Shown piece after piece: positions 62,430 through 63,722 of a DNA stretch of 63,722 bases; the first letter of the stretch is position 1; every line of letters starts with the position of its first letter. Where the stretch lies: contig JASCQW010000105.1 in assembly GCA_030264375.1 (NCBI GenBank), positions 44,794,727 through 44,858,448 on the forward strand, given 5' to 3'. The stretch comes from Carcharhinus longimanus. Lineage: Eukaryota. The notes beneath the pieces are model-generated. The model made no database searches and was not told the origin of the DNA. It saw only the letters and a list, made by a program, of their open reading frames with translations. A program made the translations under genes and the position numbers.

Positions 62430-63722
62430 GAGAGAACATTAGAGTAATACCAAGATACATAAAAGAGGCAGATAGCACTAGAATAGAGAATAATAGGCAG
62501 AGTCAGAGTAAGGACAAAAGTAATAAAATCTAAGTTAGAGTTATAATGAATATATGTGAATTCATGGAATATAGCAAATAGATCGGTAAGGTATTGGCAT
62601 AGATTGCAATGTGGAATTATAATGAGACCTGGCTCAAGGAAGGGCTGGACTGAGTGTTAAATATCTCTGGGTACAAGGTGTTCAGAAAATATAGGAAAAG
62701 AAGAAAAGGAGGAGGGATAACATTGTTGGTTAAGGAGAGCATTACAATTCTGGGGAAAGAAGATGTCTAGAGGGTTCAAGGATAGAAAATTTGGCTAGAA
62801 GTAGGGAGCAAAAAGGGTGCAATCACATTAATTAGTAATCTATAGACTACACCAAGCAGGGGGAAGGATATAGAGCAACAAATCTGCAGGGGAATTACAG
62901 AGAGATGCAAACATTGTAGAATAGTTAGAATGGGGGACTTCAATTACCCAAAGGTAGATTGAGACAGCTGTAGTGTAAAGGGCAAAGAGGGGTGAATGTT
63001 CCTAAAGAGTGTTCAGGAGAATTCTCTGCAGCAGGATGTATCCAGTCCATCAAGAAAGGAGGCACTGTTGAACCTGGTTCTTGGAAATTAGGTGGACCAG
63101 GTATATTGAGTGTAAATGTGGAAACATTTAGAAGATAGTAGTCATTGTATCATAAAGTTTTGGATGATTGTAAAAAAAAAAGAACAATAGGCAATCCACA
63201 GCAAAATAATTAAGTGGGGAAGAATCAACTTCAATGGGGTGAGAACGGAGCTGGGCTGGATATTGAGTAAGGAAAGCATTATAGTGCAGTATAGTACAGA
63301 TACCATGACTGGACACATGTAGTGGGAAAAATTATGGGGCGAATTTTCCCATTCCGCCCACTATGGAAATTGAAGCAGGTAAATAGTGGACCATGGAAAG
63401 GTCCGTTGACCTTGGGCAGGATTTTCCGGTTTCAGGGCGAGTGTGGCCGGAAAACCCCACCCTATAACTCAGTGTTGGATTACCTTCAAAAAAGATATGG
63501 TTCAGCCACAATCAAGGTATATTCCCTCAAAAGGCAGAAGTAGTACAAACAAATCCAAAATTCCCAGGATGAGAAAAGGGATAGAAATTAACATAAAAAA
63601 GAAAAAATGTGCTTATGACAGGCACCAGGTAAAAAAAAATTAAGAATCAGGCTGAATGCAGAAGATTCAAAAGGGACATGAAAAATCAAGTAAAAGGAGG
63701 AAAGGGGAATTATGAAAATAGT
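62430..63722 (+). mobile_element. CR1 LINE ORF2 AP-endonuclease region, decayed and running off the window
   Basis: ETWLK, LNISGYKVFRKYRK..KGGG, IYR, MGDFNYPKVD and PSRKEALLNLVLGN motifs across frames. Confidence 0.9.
63336..63462. mobile_element. PIF/Harbinger MITE (127 bp) with TAT TSD inside CR1
   Basis: TAT|ggggcgaattttcc...ggaaaaccccaccc|TAT. Confidence 0.85.

Noticed and set aside
1-63722. CRISPR arrays, operons, rRNA or prokaryotic defence systems
   Set aside because: Vertebrate repeat-rich DNA with no regularly spaced repeats and no gene-dense ORFs.

Overview
Eukaryotic, vertebrate-type genomic DNA (AT-rich, CpG-depleted, draft assembly with N gaps). The repeat inventory points to a shark or other cartilaginous fish: HE1/V-SINEs, Deu-domain SINEs, HER1-like CR1 LINEs, Rex1/Babar and Penelope-like elements. 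The organism is inferred from recalled consensus motifs, not from a search. I found no intact, recognisable protein-coding gene, and the window reads as a large intron or intergenic region. A large part of it is decayed mobile DNA: two CR1-clade families, several solo LTRs, many PIF/Harbinger MITEs, and four PIF/Harbinger relics that still show HARBI1-like DDE transposase and/or Myb/SANT partner-gene remnants. The remainder is unique sequence with enhancer-like blocks and a few weak candidate exons. The best observations are an apparently intact minimal hammerhead ribozyme in a Penelope-like element (45706-45745, minus), nested insertions whose host sequence can be rebuilt exactly, several isolated near-perfect hairpins and a small CpG-dense promoter-like island. 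I see no convincing new biological system. Repeat boundaries are approximate unless a TSD or TIR is quoted.
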